Part shown: positions 31,342 through 41,877 of the stretch, piece by piece | Layout of the letters: each line of letters begins with the position of its first letter | Numbering within the stretch: position 1 is the stretch's first letter | Assembly: GCA_025800285.1 (NCBI GenBank) | Contig: JAOXRX010000037.1 | Span: forward strand, 52,651-116,650 | Reading direction: 5' to 3' | DNA from: Alphaproteobacteria bacterium | GTDB lineage: Bacteria > Pseudomonadota > Alphaproteobacteria > JAOXRX01 | DNA length: 64,000 bases | The notes under the pieces: generated by a model | Database searches by the model: none | Told to the model about the DNA's origin: nothing | Seen by the model: only the letters and a program-made list of their open reading frames with translations | Program-made: the position numbers and the translations under genes

Positions 31342-31785
31342 CTAAATAGATTTAGCTATTTTATCAAGTATTACATTTACAATCCCTATTTCTTTCTTAT
31401 CATAGAAAGCATTTGTTACATCTAGATAAGAAGAAATTATATTTGGCTTTGTATATTCACTTGTATTTTCTAAAAGTTCATAAACTCCAGCTCTCAATAT
31501 ACACTGAAGTATTATTTCCAATCTATCCATTTCATATTTTGAAACTGAAGATATTATTCCATCTACATCTTCTTTTCTATTATCATAACCTTCAACTATT
31601 TTTGTTAAAAGATCTAGATTCGCTGGATTAAAATTAATACCGTCTAAATCTTTACCTGTAAAGTAATCATCTTTATCCAAAAGAGCTCTTTTTGCAGATA
31701 CTCCTGTTGTTTGCATTTGATATAACAGTTGTACTGCTCCAAGCCTAGCGGCCATAATATATTCTTTTCCAATTATAGATGTCAT
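31342..31785 (-). CDS. nusB: Transcription antitermination factor NusB
   Basis: ARLGAVQLLYQM N-terminal signature and all-helical fold. Confidence 0.85.
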   Translation of the reverse strand: MTSIIGKEYIMAARLGAVQLLYQMQTTGVSAKRALLDKDDYFTGKDLDGINFNPANLDLLTKIVEGYDNRKEDVDGIISSVSKYEMDRLEIILQCILRAGVYELLENTSEYTKPNIISSYLDVTNAFYDKKEIGIVNVILDKIAKSI

Positions 31786-31925
31786 ATAAATCCTTTTCTG
31801 TATTTTCTTATTGAAGAACTTTATACAACAAAAGGCTCAAAAAATCAAGGTCAAAAAAAGTTTGTTTTTTATATTTTTTAATGCTAGAATTTTAATACAA
31901 AGAGGAAAACAAGAGAAAAACAAAT

Positions 31926-33308
31926 ATGATTAATGAAATTAAATCTGAAATAGCTTTTTTGAAAGACCATCATCTAGAAAAAGAGGTCTGGAAAGAGACT
32001 CCTCTAGACTTGATAAAGAGACTTACATCAAATATAAAAGCTCATAACAAAGAACAAAAGTCTAAGCTGATTGAAGAAGTTAGAGACTTTATTGCTAAAG
32101 GCAAAGGTAATGACGACTCATTTGATTTTGTAACAAGAGAAGATAAAAAGTTTTACAAAGAAATTCATATATACAGACATAAAAACAAAGTTGTTGCAAG
32201 AATCGATAGGACAATGGATGACGGATTCGGTAAACACACTCCATTTGAGAACTTTGTAACAATTGAATACGATGAAGATAGCAATGAAAAAATACAAGCA
32301 AAAAAAATAAATATTTTAGGATTAGAGTATGTTCCATATCCAGCTAATCTAATCTTTGCTGAAAAACTTTTTTCTCATATAGCAGGAGAAGTTGTAGATG
32401 GGAAAGACCATGACCGCAAACATTATGACGGATTCATTAAAGAGATAGCTCATGAGGTTCCTGATATATTTGCCTCTGATGAGCAAAAAGAAAAAGATAA
32501 AGAGATAGCAGAGGAAAACAAATATAAAATATGGAAAAAAGAAAAAGGTTTAGACTCTGATAGGAAGCTACATAAAGAAGATCTCAGTAACAATATAATT
32601 TATAAGTGTTTAATCCAAGCCTTAGAAGATAGCGATTTAAATAGCATAGATACTGACGGCTTAACAGAAGAAGATATATTAAAGAATCTTGTTAGCAAAA
32701 TACAGCTTAAAAATGATGAGTTAAGTAAAGAACTCAAAAGACAAGCAAAAGAGTTTTTGGATCCAAATTATGGAAACGACAGCTTCAATATGGAGAAAAA
32801 ACTTAAAGATGGTGCTTTAATATACTCTATTGATAGAGATAGAAAAAACAATAAAATAGATGCAAACATAAAATACATGCAAAAAGGGGAGAGAAAGACT
32901 AAGCATATACATATGTTTGACCTTATTCATATGGTTTACGATGAAGATGAAAACAACCCAGGAGAGTTCGTATTATATCAAATGTATATAATGGGTAAGA
33001 AATACCCTGTAACAAAGCAATGGGAATGGCTAGGAGAGAGATTCTATAATTATTTGTTATTTGAACTACAAATATCTGATGATAACCATGTTGATCTAAA
33101 CCAGATGGGAGAAGTTCTTGATATTCTTGAAAACCGCTGGCAAGACCATCGTTATATAGGTAATGAATATCTAGAAGAAAGAAAAGTTCTTTTAGATAAT
33201 AAATTTGAAGACAAGGACGAAAGATACGAAAGACTACAAAAAGAAGAACAACTTCGTATTAAAAAGAAATATGAAGAACTCTATAAAATGGATTTAAAAC
33301 CTTTATAG
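31926..33308 (+). CDS. Large hypothetical protein (460 aa, highly charged, coiled-coil-rich, no signal peptide)
   Basis: A long uninterrupted ORF on the strand opposite its neighbours. No recognisable domain. Confidence 0.55.
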   Translation: MINEIKSEIAFLKDHHLEKEVWKETPLDLIKRLTSNIKAHNKEQKSKLIEEVRDFIAKGKGNDDSFDFVTREDKKFYKEIHIYRHKNKVVARIDRTMDDGFGKHTPFENFVTIEYDEDSNEKIQAKKINILGLEYVPYPANLIFAEKLFSHIAGEVVDGKDHDRKHYDGFIKEIAHEVPDIFASDEQKEKDKEIAEENKYKIWKKEKGLDSDRKLHKEDLSNNIIYKCLIQALEDSDLNSIDTDGLTEEDILKNLVSKIQLKNDELSKELKRQAKEFLDPNYGNDSFNMEKKLKDGALIYSIDRDRKNNKIDANIKYMQKGERKTKHIHMFDLIHMVYDEDENNPGEFVLYQMYIMGKKYPVTKQWEWLGERFYNYLLFELQISDDNHVDLNQMGEVLDILENRWQDHRYIGNEYLEERKVLLDNKFEDKDERYERLQKEEQLRIKKKYEELYKMDLKPL

Positions 33309-33788
33309 ATCTATTTGATTTAAGAAAGCTGATACTTTTAATTTTATATCATCAGCAATAAGCTCCAAAGATTTCTCAATCTCATTACCTCTTGCTGTCA
33401 TTGTAGTAAACTCATTATCATTAATAGCATAGGAAACATTATTAGAAGTTGTTCCTTTCATTATGACCTTACCTTGTTCTAACATTTGGAAATCAGCTTT
33501 CATCCAAAGCACTTTTCTCGTTGCAACATCATCTATATTAAGTCCTAAATCAGTTGAAGTTATTCTAAGTTTTACTCTAAGTTTATATCTAGCTCCAGCA
33601 CCTGCTGTTGATATTCTATTTTTTAATAAACTTCTTAAAATTTGACCTTCACGATTTGGAATAACATCTACGAACACCTCTCGAGAAACAGATACTTTCC
33701 CAAGAGGAGCTTCGTTTTTATGATACAAAGGTTTAAACCCACAAGAGCATAAAACCATTAGCATTAAAATTATTAAATATTTTTTCAT
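33303..33788 (-). CDS. lptE: LPS-assembly lipoprotein LptE (RlpB)
   Basis: Lipobox LCSCG after a signal peptide. It sits immediately downstream of leuS in the conserved leuS-lptE arrangement. The start is taken at the MKKYLIIL Met. Confidence 0.65.
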   Translation of the reverse strand: MKKYLIILMLMVLCSCGFKPLYHKNEAPLGKVSVSREVFVDVIPNREGQILRSLLKNRISTAGAGARYKLRVKLRITSTDLGLNIDDVATRKVLWMKADFQMLEQGKVIMKGTTSNNVSYAINDNEFTTMTARGNEIEKSLELIADDIKLKVSAFLNQIDL

Positions 33789-33792
33789 AATA

Positions 33793-36270
33793 CTAGTTTG
33801 CAACAATGTTGATAATTCTACCAGGAACATAGATGAATTTTCTCACTGTTTTACCTTCTATAAATTTTTGAACTTTTGGATCAGAAAGAGCCAGCTCTTT
33901 TGCATCATCTTCTGATGCATCTGGAGCTAATTCTACTTCACTACGAAGTTTACCCATAACTTGCACACCTATTGTAACTGTAGATGATTTTGTTTTCTCT
34001 TCATCATACTTAGGCCAACAAGCGAAAGCAATGCTTTCTTTATTACCCAAAACTTCCCAAATTTCCTCTGAAATATGAGGTGCATATAGAGATAACATTT
34101 GAATAAATGGAGCATACATTTCCTTAGAAACAACATCTTTATCAGCCATGTAATTTAGCATTTCCATTAAAGCAGATATAACTGTGTTATGAGAATTTGT
34201 TTCTACTCTTTCACTTACATTTTTAATTGTAGAATGAAGAACATTTTCATCTTTGTCTGATAACTCAACATCACCTAATTTATCTTGCATAGCCCAAACT
34301 CTTTTTAAGAATCTAAACACTCCAACTAAAGAGTTTTCATTCCAAGCAACTGCTTGCTCAAATGGACCGATAAACATTTCATAAATTCTAAGAGCATCAG
34401 CTCCATATTCTGCAATAACATCATCTGGATTTACAACATTACCACGAGACTTTGACATTTTCTCCCCATTTGAGCCTAAAATCAAACCTTGGAATGTTCT
34501 CTTATTGTATGGTTCATATTCTGGCAATACTGCTGTACAAATATTATCATCATCTTTTAAGTAGCTATAGTTATTTGGATTATCTCCTGTTGCAGCATCT
34601 CTTAAAGCTTTATACCAGAAGCGAGAGTATAATAAATGACGAGTCGTATGTTCTTGTCCACCATTATACCAATCAACCTTGCCCCAATAATCCAATGCTT
34701 CTTGACTTGCGAATGCATCATCATTCTTAGGATCCATATATCTTAAGAAATACCAAGAAGAGCCAGCCCAACCAGGCATTGTATCTGTTTCTCTTTTAGC
34801 AGATTCGCCACATTTTGGACATGTACAATTAACCCAATCAGTAGCTCTTGCTAATGGAGCATCAGCATCATCTGTTGGTAAAAATTCATCCATTTCTGGC
34901 AATTCTAAAGGAAGTTCTTTTTCTGGAACTGTAACCCAACCACACTTTGGACAATTAATCATAGGTATTGGTTCTCCCCAATATCTTTGACGAGTAAATA
35001 ACCAATCACCCATTTTATAGTTAATTGCTTTTTTACCACACTCTTTTTCTTCTAGGAAAGATATTGCAGCATCAATAGCCTCTTGTTTACCCATACCATT
35101 TAAGAATTCAGAATTAATATGAGCACCTTCTTGTGTCCAAGCTTCCTCTTCAATATTTCCTCCTTCTAAAACAGGAACTATATCTAAGTTATATGCTTTA
35201 GCAAAATCATAATCTCTTTGATCATGAGCAGGAACTGCCATGATAGCACCCGTACCATAACCTGACAAAACATAATCAGCTACGAATACAGGAATTTCTT
35301 TTCCATTGAATGGATTAATAGCTTTTAATCCTTGAATTTCAACACCTGTTTTAACCTTAGCTTCACCAGCTGCGATTTGTCTTTCTAAATCTGTTTTATG
35401 TCTAGCTTCATCGATATAAGATTTAACTTCTTCTGCATTACCAAAAGAGCTCATATATTTTGTTAATAATTCATGCTCAGGACACACTGCCATAAAAGTA
35501 ACACCAAAACATGTATCTGCTCTAGTTGTGAAAACAGAAAGCTTTTCTTCACCTAAGTTAATTTTAAAATCAATTTCTGCACCAACAGATTTACCAATCC
35601 AGTTTTGTTGAGAGGTCTTAATACTCTCTGAGTAATCAACTGTCTCTAAGCCTTCCAAAAGCTTTTCTGAATAGTCTTGCATTTTCAAAGTCCATTGCGA
35701 CTTAACTCTTTGTTCTACTGGACCTTTACACCTTTCACAATTTCCACCTTCAAGCTCTTCATTTGTCCAGGCTCTTTTACAATGATCACACCAGTTAATT
35801 GTGCTATCAGCTTTATAAGCCAAACCAGACTTATAGAATTTCAAAAACATCCATTGTGTCCATTTTACAAAATCAGGATCTGTTGTAGAAACAACTCTAT
35901 CCCAATCAAAGCTGTAACCAAGTTTTTTCAACTGTTTTGTAAATATAGATTTACATTCATCAACAGCTTCTCTTGGATGTATTCCTGTTTTAATAGCATA
36001 ATGTTCAGCAGGAGCACCAAAAGCATCAAACCCCATTGGGAAAAGAACATTATATCCTTCCATTCTTCTTTTTCTTGACACAGCATCCATAGCTCCGTTC
36101 GATCTAGGGTGTCCAACATGCAATCCAGATCCTGAAGGGTATGGGAACTCTATCAGAGTATAATATTTTTCTTTGTCATTATCTATCTCTGTTTTAAAAG
36201 TATTATTTTCTTCCCAATACTTTTGCCATTTTTCTTCAATTACTTTAAAGTTATATTTTTCATTTTCCAT
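33793..36270 (-). CDS. leuS: Leucyl-tRNA synthetase
   Basis: 825 aa. HVGH (HIGH-class) and KMSKS motifs, and a zinc-knuckle Cys cluster. Confidence 0.97.
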   Translation of the reverse strand: MENEKYNFKVIEEKWQKYWEENNTFKTEIDNDKEKYYTLIEFPYPSGSGLHVGHPRSNGAMDAVSRKRRMEGYNVLFPMGFDAFGAPAEHYAIKTGIHPREAVDECKSIFTKQLKKLGYSFDWDRVVSTTDPDFVKWTQWMFLKFYKSGLAYKADSTINWCDHCKRAWTNEELEGGNCERCKGPVEQRVKSQWTLKMQDYSEKLLEGLETVDYSESIKTSQQNWIGKSVGAEIDFKINLGEEKLSVFTTRADTCFGVTFMAVCPEHELLTKYMSSFGNAEEVKSYIDEARHKTDLERQIAAGEAKVKTGVEIQGLKAINPFNGKEIPVFVADYVLSGYGTGAIMAVPAHDQRDYDFAKAYNLDIVPVLEGGNIEEEAWTQEGAHINSEFLNGMGKQEAIDAAISFLEEKECGKKAINYKMGDWLFTRQRYWGEPIPMINCPKCGWVTVPEKELPLELPEMDEFLPTDDADAPLARATDWVNCTCPKCGESAKRETDTMPGWAGSSWYFLRYMDPKNDDAFASQEALDYWGKVDWYNGGQEHTTRHLLYSRFWYKALRDAATGDNPNNYSYLKDDDNICTAVLPEYEPYNKRTFQGLILGSNGEKMSKSRGNVVNPDDVIAEYGADALRIYEMFIGPFEQAVAWNENSLVGVFRFLKRVWAMQDKLGDVELSDKDENVLHSTIKNVSERVETNSHNTVISALMEMLNYMADKDVVSKEMYAPFIQMLSLYAPHISEEIWEVLGNKESIAFACWPKYDEEKTKSSTVTIGVQVMGKLRSEVELAPDASEDDAKELALSDPKVQKFIEGKTVRKFIYVPGRIINIVAN

Positions 36271-36776
36271 TAGTTAGCTTTCACCTCTTGTATTTTAAGT
36301 TCTCTTGCTTTTGTTAATATTGAATCTTCAATTTGAGTAGCCATTGCATCATCTATATCTACATCTTGCCATTGACCATTCTCATCTCTCTTTTGCTTAA
36401 ATACAGACACTTTAACACCATCTGCTCTAAGCTGTTTGTCTAAAATATATATGTTTAACTTATACCTATAGCCTTCATCTTTTAATGAAGTTTTCCAATC
36501 TGTTAGAATAACTCCTCCAAATGGATCAGCAGAAGCAACAGGCATGAAAGAAACAACATCTAAAGTTGCTCTCCATAAGAAAGCATTAACACCTATACCT
36601 ATATTTTGCTTTTCCTCTTCATTAGAGAATATATCTAAACCATCTTCTCCAAAAGCTTTATCGTGCTTGCCATAAACAGCTTGAGCCTCACCTCTTACTC
36701 TTGTAGGATATACAGCTTCACCACCACAAGCAGATAAAATGCTTAGCATTAACACTGAAAGGTATATTTTTTTCAT
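36270..36776 (-). CDS. DUF3576-family lipoprotein
   Basis: Signal peptide plus lipobox (LSACGG). This alphaproteobacteria-typical family is usually found beside leuS. Confidence 0.7.
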   Translation of the reverse strand: MKKIYLSVLMLSILSACGGEAVYPTRVRGEAQAVYGKHDKAFGEDGLDIFSNEEEKQNIGIGVNAFLWRATLDVVSFMPVASADPFGGVILTDWKTSLKDEGYRYKLNIYILDKQLRADGVKVSVFKQKRDENGQWQDVDIDDAMATQIEDSILTKARELKIQEVKAN

Positions 36777-36866
36777 AATAAATCTCCTAATATATTAGTA
36801 GTATTCTTTTAGCATTTTTTTTATTTTTTTTCAAACTCTTTTTTTATTTGATATATTTTTACACAA

Positions 36867-37547
36867 ATGTTATTTATTTTAATTATGAATATAGATTACA
36901 AGATATATAAGAGCTCTAGAAAAACTCTTTCTATAAAAGTACAAAACGGAGAGGTTATTGTCAAGGCTCCTTTAAAGTGCTCTGATAAAATGATTGCTGA
37001 TTTAATTCAAGAAAAACAATCTTGGATAAACAAACATTTAGACATAGAAAGCAAGAAACCTAAACTTTCATTTAATCATGGAGACATTATCCCATTCTTA
37101 GGGAACAACTACAAACTAATAATAGTGAACAAGTCTTTACAAGACAAAGTTATACTAGATGATGAGGAAATAATAGTTTTCTCAAAAAAAGATGACATTA
37201 AAAATCATGAGAAATTATTAATTAACTGGTTTAAAAAGGAAGCTACAGAATTTATCTCAGATAGATATAAAAGCAATGCCACGCTTTTTGATTATAAAAA
37301 AGCTCCTCCATTAAAAATTAGAGAATTTAAAAGTCGTTGGGGATCTTATCATAAAAAAGGTTTATCTGATCAAATAAAAATCAACTGGAAACTTATTATG
37401 TATCCCTCATTATGTATAGATTATGTGATAATACACGAACTAGCACATAAAACTCACAACAATCACTCTAAAGATTTTCATAATCTAGTAGAAATGAAGT
37501 TTCCAAACTGGAAAACAGCTAAAAACATTTTAGACTCTAAGAATTAA
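36867..37547 (+). CDS. YgjP-like (DUF45/M48-like) metal-dependent hydrolase
   Basis: HELAHKTHNNHSKDF zinc-binding motif near the C-terminus. Confidence 0.75.
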   Translation: MLFILIMNIDYKIYKSSRKTLSIKVQNGEVIVKAPLKCSDKMIADLIQEKQSWINKHLDIESKKPKLSFNHGDIIPFLGNNYKLIIVNKSLQDKVILDDEEIIVFSKKDDIKNHEKLLINWFKKEATEFISDRYKSNATLFDYKKAPPLKIREFKSRWGSYHKKGLSDQIKINWKLIMYPSLCIDYVIIHELAHKTHNNHSKDFHNLVEMKFPNWKTAKNILDSKN

Positions 37548-37822
37548 GCCGCTAATTTTAATTTATATTTTCTATAAGATCTAGTTTTAATAATTCTATC
37601 AAACATTGGGGTAAAATCCATACCCTCAACCATTGTATAGTGCATTCCCCCGATTTCAAAAGAGTAGCCATGATCTCCATGAACTACAAAGTTGTCGGCA
37701 ACAACTTTAGACCCTTTAACACAACCATTTGCAATCTCTTTTAACAAACAAATAAGATATTTATCTAAACTTTCATCTCTCTTAACAACAACACTACTAC
37801 CTTCAATACCCTTTAATATCAA
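37544..37822 (-). CDS. Hypothetical small protein
   Basis: 92-aa ORF whose end overlaps the previous gene convergently by 4 nt. No recognised domain. Confidence 0.4.
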   Translation of the reverse strand: MILKGIEGSSVVVKRDESLDKYLICLLKEIANGCVKGSKVVADNFVVHGDHGYSFEIGGMHYTMVEGMDFTPMFDRIIKTRSYRKYKLKLAA

Positions 37823-37912
37823 AACTACCTCTTTCTTATTAAACTAATAACATTACCAATATATGTTATATAAATAACACATATTTTCAAAAAACACAAA
37901 GTTTATTTTAAC

Positions 37913-38293
37913 TTATTTATATTTTTTTCTTAATGTTGATTTACCACATGATGAACAAAACAAGTGATACGGTTGCAAAACTTTACCACAATGAATACAT
38001 TTAAAGTTATCTTCATCGACCCATTCACAATGCTTGTTATGCTGAATTAAAAAAACAATCAACAAACAAGGTATAAAAACAGCTAAAGATTTAGCAAAAA
38101 TGATTAAATTGAAATGACATACTGATTCGATCAAAAGCATGAAGTAACCCAATGTTAAAACAGAATAAGAGTATAAAGATAAATCCCTCACCTCTTTATG
38201 TTTATGAATTTTTATTACCTGCAACCAATATGCTATTGAAACTATAAATATAGCAGTCCATGAGAAAAACTCAAAAGCGAAATTAATATCCAT
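37913..38293 (-). CDS. Membrane protein with C-terminal zinc-ribbon (CIHCG…CSSCG)
   Basis: 126 aa with 3 TM helices followed by two CxxC pairs. Confidence 0.5.
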   Translation of the reverse strand: MDINFAFEFFSWTAIFIVSIAYWLQVIKIHKHKEVRDLSLYSYSVLTLGYFMLLIESVCHFNLIIFAKSLAVFIPCLLIVFLIQHNKHCEWVDEDNFKCIHCGKVLQPYHLFCSSCGKSTLRKKYK

Positions 38294-38344
38294 TTTTATT
38301 ACCTTTTTACTTGATTTTTTTATTTTTTATGTTATAGCTTAAAT

Positions 38345-38920
38345 ATGATTAAATTACCAGAAAAAAATAAAAAACTCCTATTACATGCATGTTGTGCACC
38401 TTGCTGTTGTGCTATTGCTAAAGAGTTAAAAAACTCTGGTATTGATTTTACTGTTTTTTTCTACAACCCTAACATCTTCCCTTCAAAAGAATATGAGAAG
38501 AGAAAACAGGAGTTAATTAGATATTGTAAAAAAATTAAAGTTCCGCTTATAATAGCTGAAGATGAAAAAAGCAAAAAACAATGGGAAGAAGCAGTAAGAG
38601 GATTAGAATTACAACCAGAAAGAGGCAAGAGATGCTGTAAGTGTATAAATCATAGATTATATAAAACAGCCAAATATGCTTCTAAAAATGACTTTGATAT
38701 AATATCATCAACTCTATCAATATCTAAATTTAAAGACTTTATAATAGTTACAAACTCTGGTAAAGAAGCGGTAAAAGAATTTAAAAATGTTGATTTTTGG
38801 GCTCAAAACTGGAGAGAAATTATAAACCAAGAAGAGCCAAATAAAATATCTCGTGAAGAGAACTTTTATAGACAAAGATATTGCGGTTGCTTCTATTCTA
38901 TCGGAGATGCTTTAAAATGA
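38345..38920 (+). CDS. queH: Epoxyqueuosine reductase QueH (DUF208)
   Basis: LHACCAPCCC N-terminal Cys cluster, then CxxC…C and a terminal CGC. Confidence 0.85.
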   Translation: MIKLPEKNKKLLLHACCAPCCCAIAKELKNSGIDFTVFFYNPNIFPSKEYEKRKQELIRYCKKIKVPLIIAEDEKSKKQWEEAVRGLELQPERGKRCCKCINHRLYKTAKYASKNDFDIISSTLSISKFKDFIIVTNSGKEAVKEFKNVDFWAQNWREIINQEEPNKISREENFYRQRYCGCFYSIGDALK

Positions 38921-39717
38921 TAAAAAATAAAGACAATATTCCAATTTGGTCAGAAAAAGATTTTGATGGCATGAGAAAAGCTGGTAAGCTAGCAGCTGAA
39001 ACACTTGACTATATAACAGATTTTGTTAAAGAAGGCATATCAACATTAGAGCTTAATGATTTATGTGCAAAGTTCATAAAAGATAATGGAGCTATAGCAG
39101 CCCCTTTAAATTATAATGGATACCCTAAAGAAGTTTGTATTTCCCTTAACAATGTAATTTGCCATGGCATACCTGATGAAAAAACAGTACTTAAAGATGG
39201 TGATATTTTAAACATTGATGTAACGGTTATATTAAACGGTTGGTACGGAGATACTAGCAGAATGTTTACAGTAGGAAAAACATCTGTAAGAGCTCAAAAG
39301 TTAATTGATAAAACTTACGAGGCTCTTATGGCTGCGATTAATGCTGTTAGACCAGGAATGAAACTTTATGAAGTTGGTGAAATAATTGAACAAGTAACAA
39401 AACCTTATAACTTTTCTATAGTTAGGGATTTTTGCGGACATGGATTGGGTAAAGAATTTCATACTCAGCCTATGGTACTACATTATAAAAGCAAATTGCA
39501 TAACAATATAACTCTAGAAGAAGGGATGTTCTTCACAATAGAGCCTATGATCAATGCTGGTAAATACGATGCTAAAATACTAAGCGATGGATGGACAGCT
39601 GTAACAAAAGACAGAAGCCTATCTGCTCAATTTGAGCATTCTATCGGAGTCACAAAAGATGGTGTTGAAATATTCACATCTTCCCCTAAAGGCTTAGACA
39701 AACCTCCATATAAATAA
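38917..39717 (+). CDS. map: Methionine aminopeptidase type I
   Basis: Metal ligands in conserved context (…NVICHGIP…, D…D, H, E, E). The start is taken at MIKNKDN, which gives an ATGA overlap with queH. Confidence 0.9.
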   Translation: MIKNKDNIPIWSEKDFDGMRKAGKLAAETLDYITDFVKEGISTLELNDLCAKFIKDNGAIAAPLNYNGYPKEVCISLNNVICHGIPDEKTVLKDGDILNIDVTVILNGWYGDTSRMFTVGKTSVRAQKLIDKTYEALMAAINAVRPGMKLYEVGEIIEQVTKPYNFSIVRDFCGHGLGKEFHTQPMVLHYKSKLHNNITLEEGMFFTIEPMINAGKYDAKILSDGWTAVTKDRSLSAQFEHSIGVTKDGVEIFTSSPKGLDKPPYK

Positions 39718-39760
39718 TATATTTACATAAGATTTTGGATTAACTTCTATTTAAAAGCAC

Positions 39761-40525
39761 TTAAGCTTTTAAAAAAATATTTTTAAAATTATCTTCAAGC
39801 TGTTTTTCTAAAGCATCTTCTTCAACACCCTTTAACATTGCTACCTTTTTAAAAGTCTCAATCACATAAGCAGGTTCACACTTTTTACCCCTATAAGGAA
39901 CAGGTGCTAAATATGGAGAATCAGTCTCTACTAAAAGTTGTTCTATAGGACATAAGCAAACTGCATCTCTAACATTAGACCCATTTTTAAAAGTTACTAT
40001 TCCAGATATAGAGATATAGTACCCTTTTTCAATCGCCCATTTTGCCAACTCAATCCCAGCAGAAAAACAATGTATAATAACTTTTGATTTTCCTGTATGA
40101 TACTTATCCATAATTCTCATCATATCTTCATCTGAGTCCCTATTATGAATAACAAGAGGTAAACCTGTATCTTCACTAGCCTTTATATGCTTAATAAAAT
40201 TAGCTTTTTGAGATTCTTTACAAATATCTTTATATGAATAATCTAGTCCACTTTCTCCAATAGCAACACATTTTGGATGCTTTGAAAAAGAGATTAAATC
40301 GTTATAAACTTTTTCCAAATCTTGTTCTAAAGCTTCTGGATGAATCCCAACTGCAAAATAAAGGCTATCATTTTCTTCTGCTATTTTTTGTGATATCTCG
40401 AATTCTCTTCTCTCTGCTGCAATAGTTATCATCTTTTCAACACCAACCGCTTTTGCATTATCTATAACTTGCTTAAGCTCTAATGGTGTCAATTCATCTA
40501 AATGACAATGAGTATCTATAATCAT
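39761..40525 (-). CDS. tatD: TatD-family metal-dependent hydrolase
   Basis: MIIDTHCHLD N-terminus and the TIM-barrel His/Glu/Asp ligands. Confidence 0.85.
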   Translation of the reverse strand: MIIDTHCHLDELTPLELKQVIDNAKAVGVEKMITIAAERREFEISQKIAEENDSLYFAVGIHPEALEQDLEKVYNDLISFSKHPKCVAIGESGLDYSYKDICKESQKANFIKHIKASEDTGLPLVIHNRDSDEDMMRIMDKYHTGKSKVIIHCFSAGIELAKWAIEKGYYISISGIVTFKNGSNVRDAVCLCPIEQLLVETDSPYLAPVPYRGKKCEPAYVIETFKKVAMLKGVEEDALEKQLEDNFKNIFLKA

Positions 40526-40583
40526 AATTCACCTTTCTTTTATAATCATCAACAAGCTAAAAAGCTATTAATGATATAATAAA

Positions 40584-41876
40584 TTACTTTATCCTTTTTA
40601 ATCTTGCAATAAAGAACCCATCGCTTGATATATGCTCATTTATATCTGAAGGTATTATTCTAATCATACCTTCTTTATTTATAATTGAGGATAATCCCTC
40701 AACCTCTTCAGGTTTTACCGGAAGTAGTTCAAAATTCTTATTACTATCTAAGAAGTTTTTAATCTGCTCTTCACCTTCTTCTTTTTGCAGAGAACATGTA
40801 GAATAAATCATAGTTCCTCCTACTTGAAGAAGATTAGAAATATTCTTTAGAATATCTTTTTGTAAAATTACCAAATCTTTTATCTGCTGAGGCTTTTTAA
40901 AATATAAAGCATCGGGATTTTTTCTAATTGTCCCCGTAGCAGAGCACGGAGCATCAATCAAAATAGCATCAAAATTACCCTCGTCATATTTAGTTGCATC
41001 TGCCTCTTCAATTTTAACATCAAAGCTTAATCTTTCCATATTCTCTGAAAGAATTTTTAATCTTTTATTATTCTTGTCTATTGCTATTACATCTGCTCTA
41101 GCATTTGCAAGCTGAGCAGTTTTTCCTCCTGGAGCAGCACAACAATCTAATACTCTTTTAGATCTTATATCACCTAGCAACCTTGCAGGCAAAGAGCTCT
41201 CAAACCCTTGAACCCACCACTCTCCTGCTGAGAATCCACTTGCATTTGGGACATTCATGCTATCTCTACATTTCAACAAAGACCCAAATTCACTTGAAGC
41301 CTTAGAATATACAACTTCTGCTTCTAATTCCTTTTCCCATTTATCTGGATTTGATTTAACATTAATGTACAAAGGATATCTCTTCAGAGAATATTCCATA
41401 ATACTTTTTGTTTTTTCTATACCATATTGTTTTGTCCATGACTCAACTAACCATTTAGGGAAATTTTGGGAAACATCAATATTATTTAGATTATCTATTT
41501 TACATATTTTTCTAACTACAGCATTAACCAAACCTTTTAATTTTGTTTTCTTCATAAATTGAGTTGCATTTACTGCATTATTAACCACGGCATAATCTGG
41601 AGACTCTGCAAAAAAGTGTTCAGCTGCCGCTACTCTTAGAACATACATGATGTCAATTGGCACTCTTTTAGGATTTGCTAAAAACTTATTAATGACAACA
41701 TCTAATTGCCCCATATGTCTTAAGCACTCATTAACCAATAGCATTGCAAAATTTTTATCATTTTGCTTTAGTTTTGCATATTTTGAGTTACTATTAATTG
41801 CATGGATTAAACTCTTTTTGTCATTTATACAATTCTTTAATATTTGAGCTGCTACAACTCTACTTACTTCTGTCAT
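40584..41876 (-). CDS. rsmB: 16S rRNA (cytosine-C5)-methyltransferase RsmB/Sun
   Basis: NusB-like N-terminus, then a SAM MTase with DAPCSATGTIRKNPD and TCS motifs. Confidence 0.85.
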   Translation of the reverse strand: MTEVSRVVAAQILKNCINDKKSLIHAINSNSKYAKLKQNDKNFAMLLVNECLRHMGQLDVVINKFLANPKRVPIDIMYVLRVAAAEHFFAESPDYAVVNNAVNATQFMKKTKLKGLVNAVVRKICKIDNLNNIDVSQNFPKWLVESWTKQYGIEKTKSIMEYSLKRYPLYINVKSNPDKWEKELEAEVVYSKASSEFGSLLKCRDSMNVPNASGFSAGEWWVQGFESSLPARLLGDIRSKRVLDCCAAPGGKTAQLANARADVIAIDKNNKRLKILSENMERLSFDVKIEEADATKYDEGNFDAILIDAPCSATGTIRKNPDALYFKKPQQIKDLVILQKDILKNISNLLQVGGTMIYSTCSLQKEEGEEQIKNFLDSNKNFELLPVKPEEVEGLSSIINKEGMIRIIPSDINEHISSDGFFIARLKRIK

Positions 41877-41877
41877 A

